Assembly: GCA_965285935.1 (NCBI GenBank)
Contig: OZ260661.1
Location: 127,534,001-127,598,000, forward strand
DNA: 64,000 nucleotides
Direction: 5' to 3'
Source: Ophelia neglecta
Taxonomy: Eukaryota
In this document: piece by piece, positions 12,147-26,830 of the stretch
Position numbering within the stretch: position 1 is the stretch's first letter
Layout of the letters: every line of letters starts with the position of its first letter
Program-made: the position numbers and the translations under genes
The notes under the pieces: model-generated
Told to the model about the DNA's origin: nothing
The model's database searches: none
What the model saw: the letters and a program-made list of their open reading frames with translations, nothing else

Positions 12147-15100
12147 TACATTCAAATTCAATACTCTCAACAGTGTAACTACTGCCTCTCCAATGATGAA
12201 TTGCTTCCCACTAATTTTGGGACAGAATACTCCGGGCAAGAAGCTAAGTTTCAATATCTATATATTGAACCCAAATACCAAGGGGGACAGAACATGCTAA
12301 TTGTAGACAAACATTAATATTTTAAACAGTTTTAGATGACAAATATTTGTGATAAATAAACCGGCGTATAGTTTGGTAGAGATGTTACGATTACACTTGA
12401 AGCGGTTGGGACCAGTTTGTCCATAAAACAGGTCATACGTTTAATAGCACAGCTGTTTGCAGTAATTGCAAAAAGGCAGAGCCCATCATTCATCCTGAGA
12501 TCACGCAAGTTCGAAATATTTCATAACACAAGTGGGTATTGCAAAAATATATTACTACAGTTACGACGGAATATCAGGATGTTATGATGTGTTTTTATAT
12601 CGATAGCCCACAATTACAAGCAAAATGTATAGTTGAGGTACTTGCTTAATATTACGTTATGATATCATTTTTCGTGTGCAATATCCGCCGTTGTTTTCGT
12701 CATCAAATAAGACCAACTTAAAGAAGAAAAGAGTTGTCAATTGCACCAGTTTATTCAATTTTCTAACATAGTTTGTAAGAATTTGTGCGGTGATATCCAC
12801 GATATCACCAGGCTTTGGGTAATACACGATAGATGACTGTTTTGTAATTTTCTTTGCGGTAAAATAATGGAAAAGGTTTAATTGCAGCACAAAGAACTAC
12901 GCGAGTATGCTTCAAACAGAGATTATTTAGACATGTTTACCCACCTGTGTTCTCAAAAGAGGGAATTTTGGCCATCGCAGACTCGTGATTGGTGATTGTG
13001 GGCCTGTAGCGGTTCATGGTGAATTTTGGTCTCCTTTTCCGCCCTATCTGTATGAATGATGTAGGTTCATTTGCCGAGTAACCACTCCCAGGCTTTTCTC
13101 GGAATATTTTTAATTTAAAAAAGTATTTGTTTGATAGACGGCAACTTAAGAAGCACGAAGCGCCTGAGCGTAAAACTCTCACTATCCCAAAAAGTGATTA
13201 AAAAACACGATATATCCTGAAATAAAACTTGCGCCCAATTACTCTACGGTGATGTAATTATACACTTGCAGGTTATCGCTCACTGAAAAATGGTTAGTTC
13301 TGCCAGAAAATATACACCCAAATCAAGCCAGCTTCCTGAAGATTAGATACATAATGAAAACAAATGGGATATGTATACTCGGAAGATTTACCAGGTTAAA
13401 CTCTGGTCTTGATTTAAAAAGGCGTTTGATGCAAGGAACCGGGAATATATTTTTACGACCGTGCGAAACCCGACTCAAATAAAAGCTGGCTCCATATTCA
13501 AACAATAATACTTAATAATAGTGGCATGTCGACACAGTTTACGCTGGGTAGGAGTTTTCTTTATTCAGTTGTATCATATGGGAGCAGACTGCCAATATTT
13601 AACAAAGATTCGCTGTAATGATGGTATTAAACATTTTAAAGTGTTGGTCTTAGGGCATAGGCAGTCACTTGTACATAAAAGGCTCACTTGTTGAATATAT
13701 GAATGTAAACTAGGGCATTCATTTATCAGGTGGTTAATCAGTATGTTTTGTAGTATGAACCGGCGTTTAAGATTATTTGATCATCTTGCTTGAAGCTATA
13801 GGATAACCAGACCCTGCGGACATGATAAACAAGCTTTTTTGCGAACAAAGAACGTGCTTACCGACGATCCCTGATATACTACATAATTTGTAATGCAAAC
13901 AATAGTTAATAAAAACAAATTTGATATCACTTACATCGTGAAGTTCAAAAAACAAATGATGCACGATGCAACACCGACGAATATAAGAGCTTGTGTCAGT
14001 CATATTTGTTAACGCTGTCCTTTGAAAGACATACTTCTGGCGAAATTGTAATGGAAAGCGACCGCCTGAGTTTACAAAATACTATTACCTCGGAACTTGA
14101 CTCGCACTTATCATAATACGCCAAAGCAACTCGTTTGCGACAATTTGAACTATGATATTTTCAAAAACCCGGTCTTGACTCTCCATTGAGTCGGTTCGGC
14201 CAATCTTCCGTAACTCTTGATCACATGTCTTCCATTATTTCCTATAAAACAAGTTTCGGATGATGATGTATTTCATAATAGGTTATCCTTAATTTCTTCT
14301 TGGATGGTTGTCTGGTCGGGGCATGACCCAATACCCGGTTAGTGATAAGGCCGCCGCACCGCTTTACCAATCAGCGGGGGTGGAGATAGCGGAGGATTAA
14401 GTTTACCGATAGTCCAGTAAACATGCATTTAAACATACATTTAATCATAGTGTAGTTTTGATTTTTAAAAAGCCAGTACGAAATCATGTCACTCAATGGA
14501 AAATAATTTTCACGAATGAATCGAATATATAATGTTGGAAGACTACTGAGTAGGTATTAAAAATAGAAAACCTCTTTTGCAACCCTAATTAAATCTTTCT
14601 CAGTTGGAGCATTTTGCCGTGAACCATACAACTTAACCTACAGTTGTCTTGGGACGGCATTGGTCCACGGGAAAAATCCACTCAATAATAACTCTCAATA
14701 CAAAGGCTAACAGCTGTGGTGAATGACGAAAAATGGTATGGATATCCTAATATTCTAGTTTAACTGAAGACTACGTTATAAAAAGTAATAAATCATAAAA
14801 CATTAACATTGATATCACCTGCAATGAGAATTATTCAACGGTTTTCCATGAAGTGTGCCAGACTAAAACCAAACGACATAGTGGTCAAGACTGGGCCCTT
14901 TGAAACTTAGTTCACAATCGCAACCTTTGAATAGTAAATATAAACAAAGAGCCGCCACAATCGTGACTGCGAGTCGGACCACCGTTGCTGTGGTCAACCA
15001 ACAGTGCAAAACTTCACTGTCTAGGGGGAATTACCTACAATATACTGTGTTTTTGCTTTAAAACAACACAGCAAAACAAATTTCAATTCAGGTATTGCAT

Positions 15101-18100
15101 TAGAAAAGGGAAGTGAAGGCAAAAGGATGAAAATATAGCATGGCCTGATTTGGGAAGTGATGCTCGCGTACATGGAAATTATAAGCGTTAAGAGGTTATA
15201 ACAGGTGGCGCATGCGCTGACGCTACCCTAAGACACTTTCCTTCAGCCTTACTATACCGATGAAACATACTCCCCCAAATAGCGATAAGTCGTGAAACTG
15301 ACAGATGCATTAAACTGGCCCGGTTCATGCAAATGACGGTCATGCTTCGTCTACCAAACAGAAACCTTTCCTCGAACGTACAACGATTTAGATGTACTGC
15401 TGCTGTTGTACACACCCTGGAATAAAATTACACTATTATGGTATATTAGTTCAAGGCTCTATAGCATAGAGATATAACAGTACATACTACTATCACATTA
15501 AGTTATGGTACAATTTAACAGACTGGTTTTGTAGCTGTAACGTAAGATGATTTGTATTCCTTTATAAAATAATCATGGTGTCATACTCTTCGCAATGAGT
15601 CCCCAGACAATTGAACCTTGAAGAGGCATCTTTGGCTAGCACGGCCTAGTAAAAAGGGAACAGGGAGATTGCCTGTCGTTTCAATTCTATGAATAAGCAT
15701 GTAAGAGACGTAAGTTGAATCTTACTGTCACGTATTGTACGCACGCTAATTCAGCGAATAGAGTTAATTTCAAAGCGAATGGGGTACAACAGTCATCTAT
15801 GTCTAGAGCTTTAATATTATGGAGCTTGTAGTGCTCATGGTATGATTGACATACTCTGTAAAATGGGTTAGCCAATGCATTCTTCTTGAAGTGAACAAGG
15901 TTGGGCAAAGTGAACAAAGTTGATAATTGGCCGAAATGTTGACGGAGGTTCAACACAATAAATGCAGCTCATAGAAAACAGCAATCTGCTTTTCACCAAT
16001 ACAGGGCGGAAAGAAGATGACCTAAATATCATACTTGAGTGTTATCGACCGACATAGATGGTCAGCCATTAAGAAACACAGCTGCTGTTTGTTAACGTAA
16101 TGAAAAAATTGCATTTATTCTATTTCCAATAATGTATCTATCTCCAATGGCGGTGTAAATCTATTCTAAGCACAATAGTTTTGTCACTATTTGTAGGTCC
16201 TGTTTTCAAATAAGTATTAAAGGCAGAGATACATTTTATATTCAGATAATTCATGTCGATGAATATCTCTACTGGCCACAAAAGCATTAATATATTTCAA
16301 AGTGTGCTCTCTTAGAGAACGATGGTTCACATCAAGAGAGTGTGGGGTATGGTTATGGATGTGGGTAGACTGACATTATAGGCAAGTCCTGATCGCATAC
16401 GGATGCGCTCGGTAGTTTCATGGTATTCTAATGACGAGTACAAGAAAAACAGCTGGTTCAATGGGGTCATTGCATGTCTTAAAGGCATTAAGACCACACT
16501 TGGTAATTGCTGTAGTAGTGGGAACCGGGGCAGCGTTAAATGGATTTGCATCCAAAGCCGACATAGAAAAGCGGAAAGGATGCCCGGTAGCCAATACAAA
16601 AGCATTAATCGTAAATCAATTGTAAACCTCAAAATGCGCTTATAACGGAAGTTAAAATCAAGACAATAGAAAATGATGTCGTTTTTGAGGAGAATTTGAC
16701 ACTTTCGCTGGCGTGAATCAGAACATAAACCGAATGAGTCGGTATACAATGCATAGCGGAATATGCTCCAGGAGCTAGGATGGACTTAACAGTCTCATAA
16801 TTTCAAACTACAGGTAGATTTGTTTCTATAATCATAATCCCCAAGAAGAAGGTAACTATTAAATCGGTATGTTAGCGTCCATTGCACAGATTTGTAGTAA
16901 TCTCAGGTAGAAAAATACCAGCGATTGCTTGAACCCAGATCGTCATGATGTGGAATCAGATCTTTATTGGATTTAACTATGACCAACGGTTTTACAAACG
17001 AGTAAGGAAGAGCTTAGATAGAGTGGTATTAACATTATTCTTGAAGGGCTTGTAAATAAATGGTTGATGTAACTATCTTTTTGGTAGTACTTGGCTTAGA
17101 CTCTGTTATGAGTCCTGGATTATTTGGGACATATCACTTACAGTTGCCAATGCGGTGCTTTGATTGGTCAAAGCGAGAGCGTTTCCCTTGCTTCTGGAAA
17201 TACAGCACTTGCTTTTGGGTTTTTACATTAATAGCTCAAGGCCGCCAAATTCAAGGCCGTGTTGAATTCAAAATACACATTACCCAAATACGTATACAAT
17301 GAAGTCTTGATGAAAAATTTTATATTATGCCTCAGTAATAAAATTTAGCAAGCTTTTTGTATTGGTTATGGACAGTCGGGAAGATTTTGGCAATTGAACA
17401 GAAGAGCAGGCGAATTACTAACTTTATAACGCAGACCTTGTGCGATTCAAAGTATAACTATTAGGATTGAAAATCCTTATAACCCTTTTTAAGACCAAAA
17501 AACGCTCAGTAACAAATCCCCCGCATGTCACTGATTTCGCAAAGTTTTTGGCCGATTTTATGGACTGATCGTGACAATAATAAGCTTTGTCGGACGATAT
17601 CAACTCCAGTTGTTTACAGAACCCACAATAAATTGTAGCCATTGCAGATGAATTGAAAAGTAAATGGACACAAAACACATACAAGGGTTTGGACTGCAAG
17701 TGGTAAACAAGAATCCATCTCAATATTAACCGAAGTTGCTAATTGGAATAAGATATCCCTCTTCGCAAATTAAAAATGTTAACACCAAATATCGGCCATT
17801 GATTAAACGCGGACGTTCGGAAGATATTCGTACGCGGAGGTCATAGTTATTTCTGTGTTACAGGAAGCATAATATCGTCAGCAAGGCTAGGGTAAAGGCT
17901 GAGGGTTAATTTCAGGGTTAGAGAAGGTTTAGGGACAAGTTTAATAGGTATTGTGTTCTGTTTTAATTTCGGGGTTTTCCTCTGCAAGGCGCTTTCGTTT
18001 TTTAATCAACAGCCTCGAATATGTAATAACAATTGCTCTTCTGACTCAATATGCAAGAGCACATGAAGAGTGCGATGTACAATTTGGAATGCGAGTATTT

Positions 18101-21100
18101 TGGACGCTTGGAGGAACCTTTGCTTTCGCAACAGGTGGCTTTCATCGCCAATGATCCAGCCGTCTGTAAACTATCAGCCATATGTAAGAAAAAAAAACTC
18201 CTCAAATGCTTGCTTTAGCAATACACACTACTTAAGCAACTTTATGCTTCTACCTCAGATCAATTTATTATATATTTTCCCCAAATCTCTAGTGCAGATG
18301 TGTCTTCTTTAGGACAAAGAATGAACTCATCTCCACGAATCCCGAAGTGCATGGAAAACCTTTTTACCCAAAGTCTTCACGGCTATTCGCCCTACTTATG
18401 TTAGTGTATTCTGCTCAGAAATATTAACGAGGATGGGTGCATGGGATAACAATGACAACATTGGGCAAAATATATTCAATTGCAAAAGATATAAGCAGAG
18501 ACAAAAAAGGAGATATATGTTGTAATGATATGTCAATAGACCTGTTGAAACGCTGGTTTCGTTAAACAATATTTAAAAAAGATTGTCACTTCAAAACCTT
18601 TAGCTTTTGCTATAATATCAATTGCATAAAACATTAATACTAACTATTATGTATACTTAAATTTTTGTTATAAATAAATTTACTTTAAATATAGGAATAT
18701 ATTACAAGACTACTTGGCTGCAATCATACGAACAGTCTCAGCAAAACTAGGCAGTCGCGAGCATAAACTAATTGTCGGTTTTGAGTGCAAAGAATTGTGT
18801 GAACAGTATTCAACAGCCCATCCTGTGATAATAGTTCAGAGTAACATGAATGAGGAAAAAACCCAACTCTGATTAAGTTAAATGGCTCTGTCATGAAAAT
18901 TAAATAAAGATGTTTCAGATAGACTTATCATGCAAGAGAGCAGATACAGAAAGCATACGTTTCGGTAGCTAGTTCGCTTCACTAACAGAAGCTCGCAGGT
19001 TATATAATCAAATTACCTTCAAAAAAGGGTCAGCAGGATAGAACGATGGTTGCTTCCTTTGAAGTCTTTGGTGTGAAACGGTCAATACAAAACACATTGG
19101 ATGCTACTTACAAATCAAGCACTTTCTCTATCTTCGCTGGCCCGCGCAGATACATCACTGACTTTGGATTCAGAAGATGATAAATTCGGTTCACGTTCAG
19201 CATTCCACACTTTTACCACGTATTTACCTTTTTGCGGACGAGTGTGTCCCCCATTCATTCAGACCACTCAGACCACTCAGGACAATCCCGCCATATTTGC
19301 ACTCATGGCGTTCGAAAAAATGGAATAGGAGTGCAATTGGTGTTCAAGACAATGGTGAAGGTTATTAGAGATTATCACAGGTGGAGCACTTGTGCGTGTA
19401 CTTGATAAAATTCTCACTTAAGTTGCAACACTCATGGCCATCGGTGAAAGTTTTTGACAAACCCATTAGGCCTTTATACAAATTCGTAGATGCTCGGCTA
19501 ACTCGGACCTTTCAAGCTTGAAATCCCCCTTTTTCTTCTGTCGCACGAATGGGCGCACTAACATTATTTAACACCTAAATTCTTTTGTTTAGACCACCTA
19601 CAGGTAGTGGATAAATGTATTTATTCGCGTTTGAGGGACGAATTAGAGAATAAAAAAAATCTTAAATGTTTGAGCATAAACGGAGGGGAGGTAGGTCTGA
19701 TATCAAATGGGTTCAGACCGAATGTGTATTTACTGGTAGGTCGAAAGATAGAACGGGAGTGTAGTGCAGTCACTTCGGCTTTAGGCACCAGACAGGCGAC
19801 ACGTCAAATTCACAAATTTATATATTCTTGTATATTTAAATTACCAGCATATCTTGGAAAATTCCAGGTAACATGGGCCGATTGCAAGGGGACCTGGTCA
19901 ACTCCCCGACTTTTTCCTGCCTTGATCAGGTGGGTTTTCGCCGGGCAGGCAGCCCGTACTTAAGACGGTTCTCACACCCACACATCGACATATTATCATT
20001 TTATATTTATGTAATGAGAAAGAAGAGCGAGTAGCGGAACTAGCAAACAACTATTGTGAATCTGTTAAAATATATCTTGATGTCAATAAACAAGTATACG
20101 CCGCTTCCCCCCCGAGCCACACACAATATGTAAGTAATGTGTGTTTCTGTCCATGGTTGGTAGCGAAAGAGTTTAGAAATAATTTATTGTAAGAATTAAG
20201 GACCCGTTTTAAGTGTACACTAGTACCTAGCTAGACAGATTAAACAACAGGTGTGTACATGTTTCTTGTGTATTTCTTTGCAAAAAAGTCGCAGAGCACT
20301 GCAATGATCCTTATCCCGCAACTAAGCACGTTCATTGAAATTGCAGTATGTTTAAATCCTTGCTGATGAGTTTTAGGGATTGTTTATATTAGACACTGAT
20401 TTGAACATGAATATCGTTTCTTGAACAGTGATATGTCCACGTGATAGTAAACCTTTTGAAAAGTCGAACTAATACCGTAGCATACCATCTTGGAAATAGT
20501 ATATAGAAAGATATTCCCCAGAAAGCGCCACATTTAATATCGCCGGTAGTCATGGCAATTTGGAACTTGAGCCCGTAATAAGCTGGCACTTAAATTTTAC
20601 CCTAAGCTAGCTAGGTGATGGGGAAATACTGAGGAGCTAGTTGTAAAGAAACCACGGTGGTTCGGCCTATCAATTAATCACTAGGTTAGAACCTAAATCT
20701 TGCAAATGCATTTTAAGCTAGCACAGGTTTTTGTTGTCAAATGAACAGAAAACTATTAAGCATGTTGTTTTATACCCTCATACAAATAAAATAATCCTTC
20801 CACATGTGAGGGAATGGCCTTTGACAAGACAATCCATAAACTCTGCGTGATTTGTGGAACACAGGCGGGAAACAGACCAGCAGTCTAAGTAATACAAAGA
20901 AAGCACTGGCTAAAACAAAACAGAATAATGTACATTCACTGGCATTACACTAAAAATGACTGTCCGATAAGTCCAGTGCCGTGGTCAGCCGGGAATGGTC
21001 AGTAAATGTTTGACACTTGACAAGGAAGCACCCAGCTTGCTTACACTATCTACACACGTGTAGCGACAGACAACTGGAAGAACTGTCCTCTTTTCTTCAA

Positions 21101-21389
21101 AATGGCCTATATGGTAAACTTAATTTCCTTTATCGTAAGTGTACACACAAACATACCCTTTCGACTATCAATAGCTAAATCTCAGTCCCAAGTATAAAAA
21201 TAGTGATCGGTTTAGAGGTGGATGAAATATCCGCATCGAATACTGTGAAAGACAATGGTGCATAAAATCAACCATTGTGCCTTAAATTCGACGTAATTCC
21301 TGTTAATTGTGTGTTATGACCAGGAAACCTTTTCTAATAAATTCACACCTTGTACAGTATACTTGACCGCCTACAAGAAAAAATGTACT

Positions 21390-21985
21390 AAAAAGTAGTC
21401 CACAGTTTTCACTGATGCGAGTCAGACCACAAAACAAATGATTTAGTGTCAAAATAGTACAGAAATTAAATATTCCAACAGAAAGGCTATGATGGTGTAA
21501 GCTCTCTCATAAATCTTAGAGACAATAGACGAAAGTGTAAGATCAAAAAGGGCTGTAAAGGGCAGATGAGCAGAACAGATCACTCAAAGCCTCTGTAGTT
21601 TTTTAACAGCCTAGGTGTAGAAATGAGCCAATTAGATCCTACATATGGGCAGTCTATAGGTGAGTCTTCAATCATATTTTGCTTCTCATCAAGAGTAATC
21701 CGTCAAATCGGTCCCTAATTATAAGGAACCAGCAGCCACAGGCTCACATACATTAATCCTCCGTGCCCAAATAGAAAGCAAACGTGTATTGCAAAATAAA
21801 AATAAATAACACATATTAAAACATATAATTGATATCTGTTGCAATAAGAAGTAGTCAACAGTTTTTTATGATGCGAGTCATAACACATATAAAACGAGTC
21901 GGTATTTTAGTCAAAGTAGGACAGAAAGCCTTTGATTGTATTGTCTAAGCTCTCTCAAAATTAAGGGACAATGTATAAAAGGTGT
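21390..21985 (-). repeat. Repeat family A, copies 3-4 in tandem (about 460-bp period)
   Basis: 21390-21540 aligns with 21850-21985 (AAGTAGTC.ACAG...GATGCGAGTCA...ACAGAAAG...TAAGCTCTCTCA). The reverse complement of 21700-21760 contains TGTGAGCCTGTGGCTGCTGGTTCCT. Confidence 0.7.
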
Positions 21986-24900
21986 CCCTGCATTCGGCGC
22001 TGGACACGCCACGATGTTTTCCTGGCACTGACAAACACCAAGAGCAACGTGCAACCAGGGCCAGGGGTTTCATTTTGTTCTAGAATTTTACTTGTCACCA
22101 ATCAGCATCACGCAGTTTAATGTATAACATATATTTTAATATTTGTAATACCCATATAAACGCATCCGATTGAAATTTGATTATGTATTATCGATAGCAA
22201 TGATGACATGAAGGGCCTTTACTAATTAGTAAAACTGGCATTGTCGTGAACTGCTTGTATTTTTAGTGCTCCATGATCTTTTATTCACCCAAATTGGCCT
22301 TATATATCTTTCAGTTGTTAAGCTTGTTATTATGTACAGCCGAATTGATAGTGCTCATAAATTTGAGTGAAATAAAAGCAGTGTATGCACAACGGTCAGT
22401 TATGATCATGTCTCCTAGTTATGCCTAGCCCGAATGATAAATCGTATATGCCGTCCTTTACCACTCGGTCAGTCTAGCGTTATGAGGACACCTAGTAGAC
22501 GAATAAATAAGGTTCTTTGGCGCTAAAGCGAAAGGTCCTGTTATACTCACCCGCGAACTTAAATAACTTATAAGAATGAGGAAGTTCATAGGACAGTGGG
22601 TTTACCTTCCTGTGAGCAGGATAACCTGGAACAAGGCGTTATTAAATGATATTAACGACCAATGTAAGTTCGCGACCATATCCAGGGACCTTTTTTGGGT
22701 CCCATCAAAATGTCATATAATACCCCTAGAAATGCAAGCCAGAAATAAGTGATAAACGGTATACTCACCCCTATACCGTATTGGATTGCTATACCCGTTT
22801 TTCTTGGTTATCAAAGCCCGTGTCCTATACGATAAAGCTACTGTGCCTAGGTGCTTTAACATTCACTTACTCGTCTTAATATTCACGAACAGACCATGGA
22901 CCACAGATGCAAATAGCTACTGGAAAGGTGCTCAATCAGCGGCTCCGGTATAATATTGTTACTGTCCTTACAAAAGTCCATATTAACTAAATGCGAAACA
23001 TGGTCAAATTGCCCAGAGACCATTTACGAACCAATTTGAACGAAAATCGTTGCATAATATGTTACAATATAGGAGGTCAATGGATATTTTGACACCATTG
23101 CCTAAATATTAAAGTAGTCTTAGCCTGCCGAAAGGCCACAGAAGCAATTGCTCGAGGCAGAAAACTCAATAAACGGCTGAGTTTGTTTTCTTCTATTGCT
23201 AAATCACTAGAAACACCAATATGTACTATTAGTATACATGGACTAGCATGAACATATGATGGCTAAGTACGTGATAACACCCCGGCTGCCAAAGTGAGCC
23301 GTTTAATGTACAAAGGATAAGTTGCTCTAAAACCGATATTTAGAAGTCCTTAGATTAAAATATCTGAAAAGACGTTAATATATTTTTCCAGACATGTGCT
23401 ATTGCCATATAATACAAAGTTTCTGTAAATCGGCCTATACGAGGAGATTGTGATAGTATACTTCCCTTTGGCTATTACTTGCTCATCTGCCATTCTGGTA
23501 TGATGCATGCCCGTCTAAATATATAACACTAAGGCCAGATAAGGTAACAGGTTTGGTACTTGAGCGGGGGATTTTTATACACTCCCGAGTTTCTTATTGA
23601 TATATCAACATCAAAGGCCTCAGAGGACCAGAAATGAACACACGGAAAATTTATTGTACCTATTTAGTAGATCAATCACTCACTTCCGGTGTTTAATATG
23701 TATTTACTTGCAACATTAAACATTGTCAATGTATTATATGCCCCATATAAACCAAATTAATCATAATATTTGAATGATATGAATTTGAGATGCGGGTATA
23801 AGTATTAAAAAAATGAAAAAGGGATTTAATATAAATGTGAAATTTAAATGTTCTGATGACTTTCCGGACAAGTGCTAATGATATTTGGAATAAAGATCTT
23901 AGGCTTTCAGAAACACATTCATTGGCAACTGATTCGTTTATTATGTTTAATTATTTAATCCTTACCATCGGAAATTATCAACTACATGTCGTTGCAAGCC
24001 ATGTTAGTTTTATTCTATATGTAGGTGATTTAATTGTCTTAAACAGATTGACGTAGGCACGACTGTCGCTACGGGCTCCAGATTAATTCAGATACGTAAA
24101 AAGGGATAATGTGACTATCTTATGTTGTTTGTTAGCTGGTTACTACTATCTTTCGTGTTGCTAAATAGATAGAATTGGTCAGATTGATATTGAATTTCTA
24201 CTTAATCAATCTAATGGTATTTCCTATCCTTCCTTTTACCCGTCACTATATTCTTAGTCTAAAAAAAAAAGGTTTGACTATTGTTTTTTAAAATATTATA
24301 AAATGTTTTCAATAAGTCAATTGCTATGTGAATAAATGATATTAGTTTGGATACTATTCGAATGCTGTTTATTTACTTTATAGCCAATCATGAAAGTGTA
24401 AATGATTTACTGCAGCTTATCGTTTTTTATATTCGGCAGGTTTATCCAAATATGAAATTAAAACTACTTATTTATTATCTTTGACTTTTAGTGCGAGACT
24501 CTTATTTTCATTTTCAAATATACCATTGACATATAAATTAAATATTTAACTATTAAAAGATATCTGGTTCACACCTATCCAATCCATATGAATGTTGGAT
24601 CCGGTGTGACAGCATAGGTTTTTGTATCGAAGCATAGTTTATTTGTTTTGAGGCTGTGTCTAATCGGAAACCAGAGTAATTTACCACACCGCATAGAGTT
24701 GCTATGGCAACCACTTTAAGAATCCCCAGCTTCATTGTAAATTCAGTCCAACGTCTGAAGAAGAAAAAAATTACATCAATCTTCTTCAGACCGATAGAAT
24801 CCTGCATTGGACAAAGCATTGTCTTGATAGTGTTAGCGAGTTTTCTCTTTCGACTAGACGGTCTTTTTATCCTACGGTTGGTGCCTGTACATGTGTAGAC

Positions 24901-26704
24901 ACTTGCATTGACAGTCTAACATTATACGATAAACTAGGACATATTTCGACCAATGACAGTTGTTTGACAAAGAGCATGGAAAGCTGTCGTTCTCTTTAAG
25001 AGTGGTATCTCCCATCGAAATATCTGATTTATATCGGTTTAAGAATAGTTGGAAATTCACACAAAAAATGTTTTTGTCCATGAACTCTATTATAAAAATA
25101 CTTATGCCATGTCAAACTATACTTGTCTGCCATAAATGCAGAAAGATAGTGAATATGATTATCGGTCCACATCAACGTATACTGAAATTAAATGAGAAGC
25201 ATGTTGCGAATCATTTACGGTAATGGAGCAGGCAGTAACGCGGATCGTAGGGAAGGGTCGTGTCAACAAGGGGTTGGGAAGGGGGCCATGGGAGGAGGCT
25301 GTTGAACATTGGTAGCTGCAATGAAGAGGGCTGCTTATTGTCTTCTATTAATAAAAAGATTATTACGTTAATACTGAATAGTTCCTGACAATTATTTTAG
25401 GGTCAAATTAGATTTTTGTATATGCTCCAACTGCCATGTTCGTGCCTGCTAGAAAATAAACAAACGGCGCTTATAATTTCAAAGCACCCCGAAATAAATT
25501 TCAGGCACTATATTTGCTTATTATAGAATGCTTCTATAGCAATAAGTTAATTAAATATTAGAAGTATGGGCGCTGGGAAGCGAAGACTAGTGAAAGGGTG
25601 GGAAACGCATATGAAGCTAGAGGTGGTTGTAAGCATTACATTGGGCAAGCGTTTGGGATGATGGACGATGCAGTTGCCCGTATGAAGGACACCAGATAAT
25701 AAATTAAGAACGGAGCTACCGCGGAAGAGCGCGGAGGGGGGGGGGAGGGTAGTATAGAGAGATGTCCAATTGGGACGGGGGGGGGGGGTACTTTTCATTT
25801 TGTACCTATTATTAAATATAGCGATGAAAAAAGCCAGAACATTCGTTTAAATCGATCCAAAATCATTCAGAACCGTCTGCTGAAGGCTCCAGGAGATCAC
25901 TCCTGAGAAACATTATCTGTATTTGTACTAGATAAGTCCACGGTCTATGCCCTCATAGCCCTGGTTTCAGTTTATTTTATACGGGCAGTATTTACCAGTT
26001 TTTGGCATAAAGTGCAATGAAATGATATCAACTTGCTTCGGAAACATCACCACAGGTTTGTATCTACCCCTTTTTTTCCCATACAGTGCAATGATAACAT
26101 ATAAACTTGTTTCAGAAAGGGCACCACTGGTTTGTATTTACCATTTGGCAACCAAGGTGGTCATTTCGACTCTGAAAGACATACACTTCATCTCGGGAAT
26201 GCAGGCGGCAGCTTGGTGGAATAAGAAACCTTCTTATGTAGAACTATTCAGACCCAATGGGACGAAAATGGCCATCAACGATGCAATCCATCAATTAAAT
26301 GCTACTTCGTTGACCATTACGAGACGGATTATAGGATATTACACTCATTCTGCTGATTAGACTCAGTGAACTCTATTATGCTAGCCAGCCGAATGGTAAT
26401 TTCGCCAAAGATTGCTGCACTATAAATTTCCCCCTTAAACGCACACGTCATAAGATGCCCTGGGAACTTTAGGTGTAAGACCTTTAATATGGTCTGTGTT
26501 TGAGTCATTATCTCCTGCTTTTTGTGTGCAAAAGTATATAATTAGAACTAACTCTAATAATCAAAAACTAATTGAACGAATAAAAAACATCAATAATATA
26601 ATTATCCAAGTCCAAGATAAAGAGTGTAATATGATGGCATTTTTTCTGGAAGTTTTAATGTACATTAATAACTAACGGCACTGTCACTTAATATGAGGCA
26701 ATGA

Positions 26705-26830
26705 TTAAGTTTTGGGATTGGTGTATTAATGTGTGTGAGCCGGTGGCTACTGGTTCCTGAAGATTTCGGCCCGGTTAATGGCCTATTCTAGATTAATGAT
26801 TTAGCTTTGTCTGATGGGTGACCACTCCTA
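26705..26830 (+). repeat. Repeat family A, copy 5
   Basis: TGTGAGCCGGTGGCTACTGGTTCCTGAAGATTTCGG...TTAATGGCCTATTCT...GATTTAGCTTTGTCTGATGGGT, matching the shared family block. Confidence 0.65.

Larger units (their letters stand above)
5020..13047 (-). pseudogene. Possible decayed multi-exon gene or lncRNA
   Basis: AG/GT-bounded segments at 13047-12945, 10691-10498, 10139-10067 and 8631-8588, plus an acceptor before 5768 that leads into purine-rich, coding-like but stop-riddled sequence. No recognisable homology. Confidence 0.2.

Noticed and set aside
14300-14410. GC-rich patch with CCAAT as a promoter or ncRNA
   Set aside because: Only short motifs, with no linked gene or recognisable RNA.
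16327-16749. Overlapping 140/80/64-aa ORFs as a coding exon
   Set aside because: No identifiable motif or consistent splice structure.
14536-21270. Seed-like matches to miR-7 (TGGAAGACTA) and miR-71 (TGAAAGACA)
   Set aside because: Similarity stops after 9-10 nt and no precursor hairpin is evident.
22540-22830. Two minus-strand GTGAGTATA donors as exons
   Set aside because: The candidate exons are tiny and give no coherent reading frame.
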